A DNA stretch of 64,000 nucleotides, from NCBI GenBank assembly GCA_024137785.1, contig JAHRHZ010000017.1:44361983-44425982 (forward strand), given 5' to 3'. Source of the stretch: Ginglymostoma cirratum (taxonomy: Eukaryota). The notes beneath the pieces were generated by a model. The model was given only the letters and a program-made list of their open reading frames with translations. It was not told the origin of the DNA and did not search any database. The translations under genes and the position numbers were made by a program. Below are positions 35,195 to 47,100 of the stretch, one piece after another (positions within the stretch are counted from its first letter, which is position 1; each line of letters begins with the position of its first letter).

Positions 35195-35660
35195 GGCTCT
35201 TTTGATGCAAAAGAAGTATCCCTACCTCTGAGTTAGGGAGCTGTTCTCACACGATAGTAGTGTCTGTACCTTTGAGTAGGAGGCCTGGGTTCAAGTCTCA
35301 CCAGGTCCAGAAGTGTGTCATAACATCTCTGCACAGGTTAATTAGGGAACACCTGGAAGCAGAGAACAAATGTAATATATCCAATATTAGGAGCTTTTGT
35401 AGTGTCCCTACCTCTGAGTTAGGGGCTCTTGTGCACAATGCTAATGTCAATGTCTCTGAGTTAGTGAGTTCTTGTGGCATATTAGTAATGGCCCTACCTC
35501 TGGGTTAGGGGTTCTTGTGGCACAATGCTCATGTCCCTACCTCTGGGTTAGGGGTTCTTGTGGCACAATGCTAATGTCCCTACCCCTGGGTTAATGAGGG
35601 CTGGGTTTAATTCCCGCCTGCTCCAGAGGTATGTAATAACATCCCTGAACTGGTTAATTT
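35195..35660 (+). repeat. Tandem array of 43-bp SINE-head units (TGTCCCTACCTCTGGGTTAGGGGTTCTTGTGGCACAATGCTAA)
   Basis: About 5 units in 35390-35595 plus two upstream; same family as dispersed copies at 20390-20460, 35680-36000, 38524-38625 and 40780-40855. Confidence 0.8.
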
Positions 35661-35755
35661 AAAAAAATCTAAACCTTTCTCAATCAACCTGTTCAGAGAT
35701 GTCATTACACACCTCTGGCACAGGTCGGACTTGAACCCAGGCCTCCTGGCTCAGA

Positions 35756-35965
35756 CATGGAGGTGCTGGTTTTGGTTTCGGACCGGGGTAGCCAAAGTCA
35801 GAAGTGACACGACACCAAGTTATAGTCCAACAGATCTACTTGAAATCACAAAGTTTGAAGCGCTGCTCCTTCGTCAGGTGAAGTCAGGGGCAATGCTTCG
35901 AAAGCTTGTGATTTCGGATAAACCTGTTGGACTACGACCTGGTGTCGTGTGACTTCTGACTTTGC
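35756..35965. mobile_element. PLE-terminus hairpin mini-element, family C, inserted into a SINE
   Basis: Inverted arms caaagtcagaagt...; perfect TSD cctggctcaga at 35745-35755 and 35966-35976. Confidence 0.85.
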
Positions 35966-36089
35966 CCTGGCTCAGAGGTAAGGACACTACCACTGCACCA
36001 CCTGTACAAATAGTACCATCCTGTCTTTATGAATGGGGATTAGTAGCTGGTCAGCTGCCACAATGTATCGAGAGGTTGTATCTAGTCCC

Positions 36090-36520
36090 TGGGTGAGTGT
36101 CCCACCCACTCCTCGCCCTGATACGCTGCTGCCTGGCGAAGGGCCGCTCTGTATGGCTAAGAGCAGTGTCAATCAGCAAGAACCGCGCAAGCCAGGGCGA
36201 AAGTGAAAGGAGCTGGGTTTCTGGAGTGGCCGGGCTTTCTGTTTGGCCTTTCTTTTTAAACGAAAGATACCTTTTGCAAGTCACTGGCAGGAGGGAAGAT
36301 TTGATTTTGGGCTGAAGATTATTTGCAGAGGTAGAATAAAGCTTTTCTGCGCGCGTTGCGGTTTAAGAGCAGCAAAAGAAAAGTGTTTGGAGGAGGCTTT
36401 ATTGCAGAGCCCTGCACAAAACCCAGAGCCCTGGCTAGAAATGCAGTGCTGTAAGCTCAAAGCAGTCTGCCTTCACATCACGCCGTCTTATTTTTGCTTA
36501 AAAGGTTTGTAGTCCCAGGT
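36090..36520 (+). promoter_or_regulatory. Probable HLTF promoter / non-coding first exon region
   Basis: Local CpG enrichment (ccgcgc, gcgcgcgttgcgg, gggcgaaa E2F-like) in otherwise CpG-poor, non-repeat DNA about 1.5 kb upstream of the first coding exon. Candidate donors gg|gtgagt (~36092) and cag|gtaaat (36518). Confidence 0.4.
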
Positions 36521-37936
36521 AAATGTCAAAAGCAGGGGCAGGCTGCAGGCGGCATGGAGAGAATGACTCACCAACAGCAAGCCTTGTTTTTGGGGCCTGA
36601 CATAGTCAGCCACAGCCAAGGGGAGATTTTGTTGTTGTGTTTTTTCTTGAGTGCATGACAACATTTCCAGAAAAACACCCACCAACACAGCGTTCATCGT
36701 CACTCCCAGCCTCAATATGTTGTTGCTTTTTAAACCATGAGCCTCTTACTCCCCGGTCTGTGATCTGGATCAAATCCAGGCGCTGGGTCAAAGATGCAAG
36801 TTTAAAGGGAACAAAACATATTGTTCAGGGAGGTCTCTGCACCCCATTGTTTAGCAAGAAAAGTGTTCAAATCTGCTAAAATTATCGGGTCCGTTTAGTG
36901 ATAAATAGCCAGGTAAACTTGTGTGATGGGTTTATGATAATCTGCTCCACAGTGGACCACCTACATAACTTAAGAAAAACTGAAAGAACTGCGGATGCTG
37001 TAAATCAGGAACAAAAACAGAAATTGCTGGAAAAGCTCAGCAGGTCTGGCAGCATCTGTGAAGGAAAAAAATTAAGAGTTAACGTTTAGGGTCCGGTGAC
37101 CCTTCCTATATAAGTTTTCCATGCCTAGGTATGTGAGGGACAAGTAAGACTGCCTGGCAAAATGGGTTTTATCTGCAGGATACCATGCTATGCCAAAACA
37201 TGGCTGAATAAGGGCTACGCAATCTGTGTAACATACCTGCATGCTAAATTCTACATGCCAGTTCTGAAGATGGGTCACTGAACCCAAAATGTTGACTCTG
37301 CTTTCTCTCTTCAGATGCTGCCGGACCTGCTGGGTTTCTCCCGCAATTTCTGTTTTATTACATCAATGTGCTAATTGTGTTCTAATGCGATTAGAGTGTA
37401 AGTAGGTAGCAGTTTCTTACTTGAAGTGTTAATTTTGAGCTGCTGAAGTTCGCTCCACTAGCGGTATAACAAACATGTTTTTACCCCTCCATTTTTTTTT
37501 TCCTTGGACAAAATCAGAAGTCACACGACACCAAGTTATAGTCCAGCAGGTTTATTTGAAGTCACAAGCTTTCAAAGCGCAGCTCCTTCATTTATTTTTT
37601 CTTGTAAAGTGTAAAATGCTCAGTGCTTCCAGATGATGTGGTAAAGCAATGCGTGAGACCAACTCATGCTGTCAGATAGGTGCCACCACTTGCTGATTAC
37701 AGTGTGTGCTCAGAGATGTAATTTTAGTGTGAAGGATCATGCTGCATTTCCAAAGCAAGCATTCGTTGGAATCTGTTTCTTTAATCTTGCAGGAGCTCTT
37801 AAAGCTGAGAGTTTGTGATGGGCACAGCAACAAAGATTTGCTAGGCTCGTGGACAGATGAGTTTTCTGTCAGTTTAAATACCTTGTCATTCTCCTGAGGA
37901 AGGTTACAAATCGTGGTTTTCTTTTGTTTCTGCAGC

Positions 37937-38164
37937 ATGTTGTTCTGGCGGAATTGGACTAATTCCCAGTATCTGGGTGGACGAACTGCATCCCAGTTTT
38001 CTGATGGCAGTTTTCTATTTGCTCCGGACCCTGAAGAGTCATTATCTCAGATGATAAGTCGCTCATTAACAGATGACACTGCGTCACCAGATGAGGATCT
38101 GGATTCTGTTTTATTTGGAAACCTACGTGGGAATGTGGTTGGGATGCGCTATTATACAGGAGTG
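37937..38164 (+). CDS. HLTF: HLTF first coding exon (MLFWRNW...DSVLFGNLRGNVVGMRYYTGV)
   Basis: Acceptor ttttgtttctgcag at 37935, ATG at 37937, gtg|gtaaga donor; start of HIRAN domain. Confidence 0.93.
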
Positions 38165-41100
38165 GTAAGACTTGTCTCTGCAATCCAGTGTGATATTAAA
38201 TTGCTGCTTTTAAATCTTCAATTTGCTATACATTCAGTTACCTATTTATTATTGATTTAACAGTTGGGATTCAAAAACATAAAGTACATTTATATAGTGC
38301 CTCTCTCACAGCAAAAAGACCTAAGTTGCTTCATGGGAATATTTTAAAGAGACTTAGCCCCTTAAGCCAATATTGGGACAGATGACCAAAGCAGTAGATT
38401 TTAAGGAGTGTTTCAATGGATGGAAGGGGAGGAGGGTAATGGACAGGTTACTGAAGAAATTGCCGAACTTAGACAGCTAAAGGCACTTCCACCAATTGTG
38501 GACCAATTAAAATTGAGGGAGGAGGGGCTCTGGTAGTGCAGTGATGGTGTCCTTTATCTCTGGTTGAGTCGACCCTGGTTCAAGTCCCACTTGCTCCAGA
38601 ATACTGACATCTCCGAATAGGTTAAGTTTGAAAGGAAAGTATCTCCATTAAAATCAGAGGTTCAAGAGGTCAGAATTAGATGAGTGCAGGTACACCAGAG
38701 GGTTGTGGGGCTGGAGTTGATGGTAGAGATCGGGAGGGGTCAGGCCATGGAGCGTCTTGAGAACTGAGATAAGAATTTTTAAGTGGCAACGTTGCTTGAC
38801 CCGACATCCGTGGTCCCTGGAGTGATGGGTGAATGGGACTCTGTACGAATAATGATGAGGATAGCAGAGTTTTGGACAATGTCAAGTTTATGGAAAAGTA
38901 GAATGTGAGAGGGCAGCTAAAAGTGTGTTGGAAAAATCAAGACTACGAGTAAAAACAATGAAAAGGGTTTGAGCAACATAGGAGTTGAAATGGGGGCAAA
39001 GTCAGGCATTTCACAGACGGATTTGATCCCAGTACATACATGGACATGTGGCTGAGATCTCATGTCAGGATGAATTCTGTCCCCCTGGATTGCACCGTCT
39101 GTTTTAATCTTGGACTCTTGCCAGGGAGAAGGATGGAACCAGGAGCAAGGGAGCAGAGTTTGTGATGGGAACCAAAGAGGGTGGCTTCAGCCTTTCCAAT
39201 ATTTAACTTCATGAAAGGCATTGCTTATTAGACATTCCAGACAAATTGAAGATATTGTGCATTTTGAAAGGTAAATGGGCTGAATGGTGTGGTGTGAAAT
39301 CTATAGTTTATTGTTTGTGAACAACTTCACTGATCTGATTACAACTTTGTATCCTTAGGAACAGAGTCTTATTTTCCTTTTTCTTAGAAGACCCTGATCT
39401 GTCCATTAATTCAATTTACTTACCTCTGATCCAGACCCCTGAATACTCTGACCTTTACATCTCAATCTAAAAATTCCACCCATATTCCTCCAATTTCTCC
39501 TGTTTGCTTGTGCACGAAGGTTGGGATGGGGAAGCAAGACTGCAGAATTGTCCTGATTTTACTCCTGAAGCTCTAATTTTTACTGTGCTCCCTGTGTCCC
39601 CTTCTCAGAGGGAATGCTACTCTTTATCTGCCTTTTAAATCACTTTCTCATTTTTAAGCAGCTCACATTAGCTCGCTCACAACTTTTGCTCAACTCTGAG
39701 AAATACAAACCAAGTGTATGTGACCTGTCTTCCTAATTTAACGCAGAGTGAAGTGTCGTTCTGGTTAATCTACCCATGTCATCTCCCGGGCTGGTTTTTA
39801 TCTTCCTGAGATGAAGTGTCCCATGTAGATTGCAGTGTCCGTGATGAGGTCAGGAGAAGTGTCTGGACAACTGAAGCACCCATTCCTTCATTTTTGAATT
39901 TCAGCCTCGTTGCAGTGAAAAGACCAACATTTTTATTTATGATGTTTTTGTATGTGCATCTGTTTTTCATAAATGAAAAGAACTGGTCAGAACCTTGCTG
40001 TTCTGTGGAACCAAGTAACTTCACAGGCATCTGATAAAGGCATCGATACGCCCAAAGAAGTACATTTTTAGTCATTAAATAAACTGAGCAGTCTTGATTT
40101 TAAATCAGCATTTCTTGTGAATTCTGACTGTGCCCAGTGTAAATGGGTTATAGCCACTCACTAAAATAGGTTTAATTAGAAATATCTAGGCTGATGAATT
40201 CTATTTCAGAACTAATAAGGAGCGAGTCTCCTGTACGCTGCACCATGCTACGTATAGATCTCGCAGAGAACTTTTATCAATTTTTTTTTTTCTTTCTGAA
40301 GCATGAAGGCATTATCAGAACTAATCTTCTTAGTCCATGATAGTCCAGGAATAAATTGTGAATGAAATGGTGTGCTTTCAAAACAAGCCAAAACAGAAGT
40401 TGCTGGAGAACTGCAGCAGGTCTGGCAGCATCTGTGCTGAGAAAGCAGAGTCAGAGTCCAGTGACCCTTCTTCAGAACTGGACTCAAAATGTTAATAAAA
40501 ACAGCATTTTCTGATTTATGGCATCCACATTTCTTTCGGTTTTTAATCTTGAAAAGTTAACTCTGTTTACTGTCTCCATATGCTGCTGAGGTTCTCCAGT
40601 TATTACTGGTTTTGTATATTTCAGATCTTCAGCATCCGCAGTTCTTTGTTTTCTTTGAGGGCTTTGTAGTTTGTTTTTGCTACGTACTTTTGCTGCTGTA
40701 ATTTCTGTGCCGATCATCTCCTAAAAAATTAATAGCTTAAAGTGGCGGTTCTAAATCATTCTGTGGAGGTGGGTTGAGTCACACCTCTGGAGCAGACTTG
40801 AAACAAGGCCTCCGGGCCCAGAGGTAGGGAGACTACCACTATGCCACACGAGTCCTGAGACTGGCTTCGAAGCCAATGTGGTTAACTGTAAATGACTGTC
40901 CAGTGCTGCCAACAAAAGCTGTGCTTATGAACCTCATTGTTTATTGGTGGATCTCGTGTAGATGGTGTTGGGGCTTACAGATGCATGCCCTTATAAAACG
41001 CGTGTGCAGGAGATACAACAACGTAACTGATCAATCTGGAAACGTCATTTCAGTAACAGTTAACTTTTAAAATTTGTGCCAGGTGAACAACAACGAAATG

Positions 41101-44100
41101 GTTGCTCTTCAGCGAGAACCAAACAACCCATATGACAGGAATGCAGTCCAAGTAAACAATGTGAATGGGATTCAGGTGGGACATATCAAACGGGAGTTGG
41201 CAGCCCCTCTGGCTTTTATCCTGGATAATAGACTTGCCAGAGTTGAAGGGTGAGTAAACATGCTCAGTTCTGAGCTATCACAATGCTAAGAGACGTTGTT
41301 CTGGTGAGTCTTTTGCAAATTCCAGTAAATGTGGGCTGTATTGAGCTTCAAATTTTAGTTATATATTCTACTATCAAAGCATGGGAAGGGAGACTATTAA
41401 CCTGTTTTGCTTAATTTGGAACTTAGAACTGTGGGTGCTGAGAGTTACTAAAGTAAACAGTTGGGATTCTCTGTGCATTTGATACATCAATGTACTGCAT
41501 TGTGAGTGATTAGATATTGGCAAGCCCCAAGATTTGCAAGTACAGGCTAGATATAAACTTGCTTTTTCACATATTGCCAGTTTGACTCCAGTTGTTATCT
41601 TTCTTTCTTTTGAGTCAGAAAGAAATGGGTTCAGGATTTCATCATCTCATCGAGGCTGATCCTCCAGTTCAGGGTGTGCTGCACTGTTGTAGTGACTGTA
41701 CTTTGGGTGATACAGTGTCACAGAGTCGTGCAGCATGGAAACAGACCCTTTGGTCCAACCAGTCCATGCCAAACGTAAGCCCAAACTAGACTAGTCCCAC
41801 CTGCCTGCACCTGGACCATATCCCTGTCCCCAAACCTTTCCTATTTGTGTCATTATCTAGGTAACTTTTACACGTAATTGTGCCCACGTCCCCTATTTCG
41901 TTAGGGAGTTCATTCCACATGTGAACTACCCTCTGTGTAAAAAAAAAAAAAATAAAATTTATCTCTCGTGTCTTTTTTAAAATCTGTCTCTTCTCACCTT
42001 AAAAAATTTGCCCCCTGATTTTGAAATCCCTCATCCTAGGGAAAAGACACCTAACATTAACCCTATTTATATCCCTCACAATTGTATAAACTTCTATAAA
42101 GTCAGCTCTCAACCTCCTTTGCTCCAGTGAAAAGACACCCAGCCTTTCTGTATAACCTAAACCTCCTGTACCCGGCAGCGTCCCGGTTAATCTCTTGTGA
42201 ACCCGCTCCAACTTAAAATAATATCTTTCCTAACCTTTTAAGTGTTTTGTATGGGCATTTAAAGAGCATTGCATCCTTACATAGCACACCCAATATTGCT
42301 CCCTCAATTAAGAATAACGAAAAAGAACTAGTCATTGATCAGAGCTTTATCAATGGAATCTTTCTGTGTGCGAAGTGTCAGCTGTGATTTCCTATATAAC
42401 AGCATTGACCAAACTTCATGAATGCAACTTGTAAAGTGCTTATGGACAGCTTGAGAAACATGCAGAGATGTTAAATGTGTAAGCTTCTTGCTTTAAGCAA
42501 CACCAAAATGTTCCCCCAGTACTTTTTGTCTGCTGTGTGCAATGAGACGATAAACACAATAAGGTTTACAGTCGATGCTCCTGAGTAAGTTGTTTGTCGA
42601 CATATTTTACATGTTTTTCTGCAGCAGCTACTGTAAGGGTGGTCACCAGCCTCAGAAATACAATGTTTTCCCCTTAGCAACCGTCCGTTGTAGCCTCTGT
42701 GAGTAAAGCTGCTAATTCTGAGCTGCTTTGTTAATGTTGCCTGGGGTCTGGGGGCAAAAAAACAACAAAATGGTCTCCTGGAGAAAAAAAGACCAAAGTG
42801 AAGGTTAGGGGTGAAGGTGAAAATGATCCTTGGTGAAAGCTCAAAAGGAGTCGTAACTAATCGGCAGTGTGATTTTTTTTTATTTAGTGAATCTATAAAG
42901 AAAATAGGCTGGCTTTAAACTGGCTCCTGATTTGCTATCTCAGTTCCTGCGCTGCTAGAAATTGAGATGAATTAATACATTGGTGTAGGTCAGAGTCTGG
43001 CAGTAAATGGTCTGAGGTGCTGCATTTCAGGTGCCGAAATAGACCAGTGACTTGTGATTCAAATGGGGCTCATTACTCTAATATTCCCAATCAGTTTGAG
43101 AAACATTTGAGCTTCTGTATTGCAGTGTTAGTTTCAGGAGAGGGAGCATGACCTGTCTGCTCTGTGGCTGCATATGTCGCGCTAATGTCTCTCGCTCCTT
43201 AGGTGTCCAGGCCAGAAGTGGAATCAGTAGTTTTTCCAGCGCTGTAACCACAGTGATGGGTGTGCCAACGGTTTTGTATGTCTTTCGTTTAAGTCTTGAA
43301 GGACCTGCACAGTTTCAGTTGCCGTTGTGCTGCAGTGGGAGCAGGGTCTGGGTCATTGCAGTGTCTGTATTTCTTTTCCAAATAGGGTGGTTCCTTACGG
43401 TGCTAACAACGTGTTCACCATGCCAGTGCAACTTTCATTCTGGGGCAGAGAAGAAAACCGTGACGCTGTTCTGGAAAGGTTAAAGAGACACGGGTTTAAA
43501 CTGGCACCTCCCACAAAAGGTAAATACAGGTTAACTGAAGTAGAGAACCACTTTTTTATTTGAATGAAGAAAATGGACGGTTAAGCTATTTTGGGACTCT
43601 GTGACAAAGTTCTTTGCCTTCTCCAATCTCACTACCTTAAAGTACAGACAGCAGGGAGTCTTCAGTGTGGGGCAAGAGGAGAGGATCCACAATTTCGGTC
43701 AAAGCACAGACATTGTGGTTTAGATGAGAACTAGCTGCCCCATACTGAAGACTGTTTTTCCCTTTCTCGGTCCTGCTTCCATTCACAGTGGAGTGGCTCC
43801 TACCACTAAGTCACATCTTCATGTCCTTTTGCACTCCAGGCACCTTCTTCCTCTGAGCAGCTTCTCCCTTATTGCCCTAATTCAGTTTTTAAGGTGGTCT
43901 TAGGCACTGGATGAATCTCCAGAAACAATCAGCCTTTCAATCTTCCACCCTTGGTTCAGAAGAAAGAAAAAAAATAAAACAAAGTGTATTCCTGTAGCAC
44001 CTTTCAGGGCACTTTGCAGCCAGTGGAGATATTTTTTGAAGTCCGCTCCCTGATGTAGTTTGGGAAATGTGCTAGCATTCGTGTGCAAAGGAACTTCCAG

Positions 44101-47100
44101 AAGCAGCAATTGATTAACTGAGCTGTGGCTCAGTGGTTAGCACTGCTGCCTCACAGCACCAGGGACCTGGGTTCGATGCCACCCTCGGGCGACTGCGTGG
44201 AGTTTACACATTCTCTCTGTGTCTGCGTGGGTTTCCTCCGGGTGCTCCGGTTTCCTCCCACTGTCCAAAGATGTGCAGGTAAGGTGGATTGGCCATGCTA
44301 AATTGCCCACAGTGTTCAGGGATGTGTAGATTAGGTGGATTAGACGGGTAGCGGTCTGGGTGGATGCTCCAAGGGTGGACTTGTTGGGCCAAAGGGCCTG
44401 TTTCCACACTTTGTAGGGATTCTATGATGATAATTTGTTTCCAAGGATGAGGGATAAACAATAGACGTGACACTCCAGAAAACACCTCTTCTATTGCTCA
44501 GAAAATTGCAGTGAGATCTCTTATTTCCCTTCTTAGAGGAACCTCACTTTAACATATTCAAAGGCTACACCCTCAGATTATACCTCAGTTTTGAAGAAGA
44601 GTCTTTGAACTCAATGTTAAATCTGTTACACCCTCCCTGTTGCTGCCAGACCTGCTGAGTTTCTCCAGCATTCTCTGTGTTTGTCTCTGATTTCCAGCAC
44701 CTGCAGTATTTTACATCAGACAATATGTTTTTTCCTCAGCACTGCTCTGTCAGATCGGGCTAGATTATGTACTTGAGTCCCAGAGGTGGCCGTGTATTTG
44801 GCAAACTTCTCGCCCCTTGCTTCCACTAAACCTTCGCTGTGATTACTCCTGTGCGTAGATCTGCCTTATCATTGTTGAAGAGGCTTCGACCATCTCGCCT
44901 AAACTCCCTCTTGACATAATGTCCCATTCAATCCATTCTCTACTTTCAAGAACTCCATGTCAGCCACCTTCAGTAATTTCGATCATTACTGCAGAGCACG
45001 TCCCCGACTGTATCCCTATATGAGAGTGGCACTTGACTGAAGCAGCTTGTAAAACTGTTATACTCTCATAAAAAATTTAAGCTGCTTTTGAATTGATAAA
45101 GTCCATGGTATGAGCAATATTGTATTTGTTTGGTCTGAACCAGTCTCATTTATATAGCAGTTTGGTTACAGGTTCCTTTTTAGGTGGTGGGATTGCTGAG
45201 GCGTGGTCTGGAATGAGATCGGCAAGACCTGGTCCCAGTTACAAAGCTCCTGTGCACACGGCTGTGCAGATGACAGTGGAACAGGTGAAGTGTTTTGTTA
45301 GCTCCTTAGCTGTTAACCGGATAATCTCGCGCAGCACCTCTCTCAAACCCGTTGGCCGTATCTAAATTGAATGAAAATGTATCTCTCTCGGTCGGAATTT
45401 CCGTGGAAGTTGTGAGTGGGTCAAAGTTGTAAGGTGGTACCTTAGCAGATGCGTGTGCAGTGGGGTGGTGAGATGAGCGGAGTCTGGGTGTATGGTTCCT
45501 CAGGCACGGGATACCTTGGCGCTATGATCGATCCTGTGTGTCCCTGGATAGTGAGTGTCGGTTAAGTAGTGTGCATTGCAGTTGAGCCTGTGTCTGACCC
45601 TAGCTGACCCAACATTGGCCCAACAACCCAAGCAGGGAGCATTGATTTGGTGATCAGCAGGCAGCTTGACTTTCTTCATATAAACTCCACTAATGCTTTG
45701 TCCTTGGTGAGATCACAGATTTACCAAAACGTTGCTGGGTACGGAAGGTTTGAGTTATAAAGAAAGGCTGGAGGGGCTGGGACTTTTTCCATTGGAGTGT
45801 AGGAGGTTGAGAGATGACCTTATAGAGGTTTGTAAAATCATGAGGAGTATAGATAGGGTTAATGATAGGTATCTTTTCCCGAGGATGAGATATTTCAAGA
45901 CCAGGGGGTACATTTTTAAGGTGAGAGGTGAGAGATTTAGAAAAGACATGAGAGACAATTTTTTTTATGCAGAGGGTGGTTTGCATGTGGAGTGAACTTC
46001 CTGAGGAAGTGGTGGATGTGGGCACAATTGCAACGTTTAAAAGACATTTGGATAAGTACATGAATAGGAAAAGTTTGGAGGGATATGGGCTATGTGCGGG
46101 CAGGTAGGACTAGTTTAGTTTGAGATTATGTTCGACCTGGACTGGTTGGACCAAAGTGTCTGTTTCCGTTTTGTATGACTTTATAAAACTGTAATGATCG
46201 GACGAGGGATGTCCTAGTCCCCAATTCAGTGTTAATGGCTCCTTTACCCCAAGGGTCCAGGGATAAAATAGAAAAGTATCATAATTGGGAAAGTTTGAGA
46301 ACCTAAGTCCGTTCTCTACCTTCAGTGGGTTTTGTCCTACATAGAGCCATAGAAAGCAGGAGTAGGCCATTCAGCCCTGTACAATCATCCAATAAGATCA
46401 TGGCTGATCATCCAACTCTGTCTCCTGTTCCTGCTTTCTGCCCCATGCTCTTTGACCCTTTCAGCCTTAAGAAATTGGGATTAAAATTTAAGTTTACATT
46501 TAAAATGTATGTTGCATAGTTTTCTGTACTTGTACGAATGTTAAAACTAGCACAGTTCTGTCCCTACAGAAGCTTGCTAACTGCTCCGTCAGAAATACAA
46601 TGACAGATTTTTGTTCTTGCAGCTCAAGAATGAATTTGACAAGTTATTTGAAGATCTGAAAGAACATGACAAGACTCGGGAAATGGAACCAGCTGAGGTC
46701 AGATGCACGAGTATTGCAGTGTTACTATTGGACAAGATTATGGGTCATTTAGATGGTCAACTAACAAACCAATGGGGAATTCAGGAATGGGCAGCTTACC
46801 AGCAATGCTGTTAGATATGGAGTTCCAGGATTTTAATCCAAAGTGTATTTGTATTTCCAAGTCAGAATGGAGGGGAGCGTGTAGGTCATGGTGTTCCGGT
46901 GTATCTACTAGCCTCGTCGTCTACAGGGTAGTGCTAGTGCGTTTGGAAGGTTCACCCTAAGGAGCTTTGGTGTGTTATTGTAGTGCATCATGTAGGTGAT
47001 ACACACTGCTGCTATTGTGTGTCAAGTTTCGCTGGGATAGCGAGATGTAAATCAAGCCCCACTGTACCCAGAGTCGTCACAAAAGTTAAAGGTTTTAAGA

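Noticed and set aside
35420-35560. Repeated TTAGGG hexamers suggesting interstitial telomere sequence
   Set aside because: One hexamer per 43-bp SINE-derived unit, not a (TTAGGG)n tract.
36488-36715. Minus-strand ORF with a GTGAGT donor, a candidate first exon of a divergent gene such as HPS3
   Set aside because: Translation does not resemble the HPS3 N-terminus as recalled, and no downstream minus-strand exons were found.
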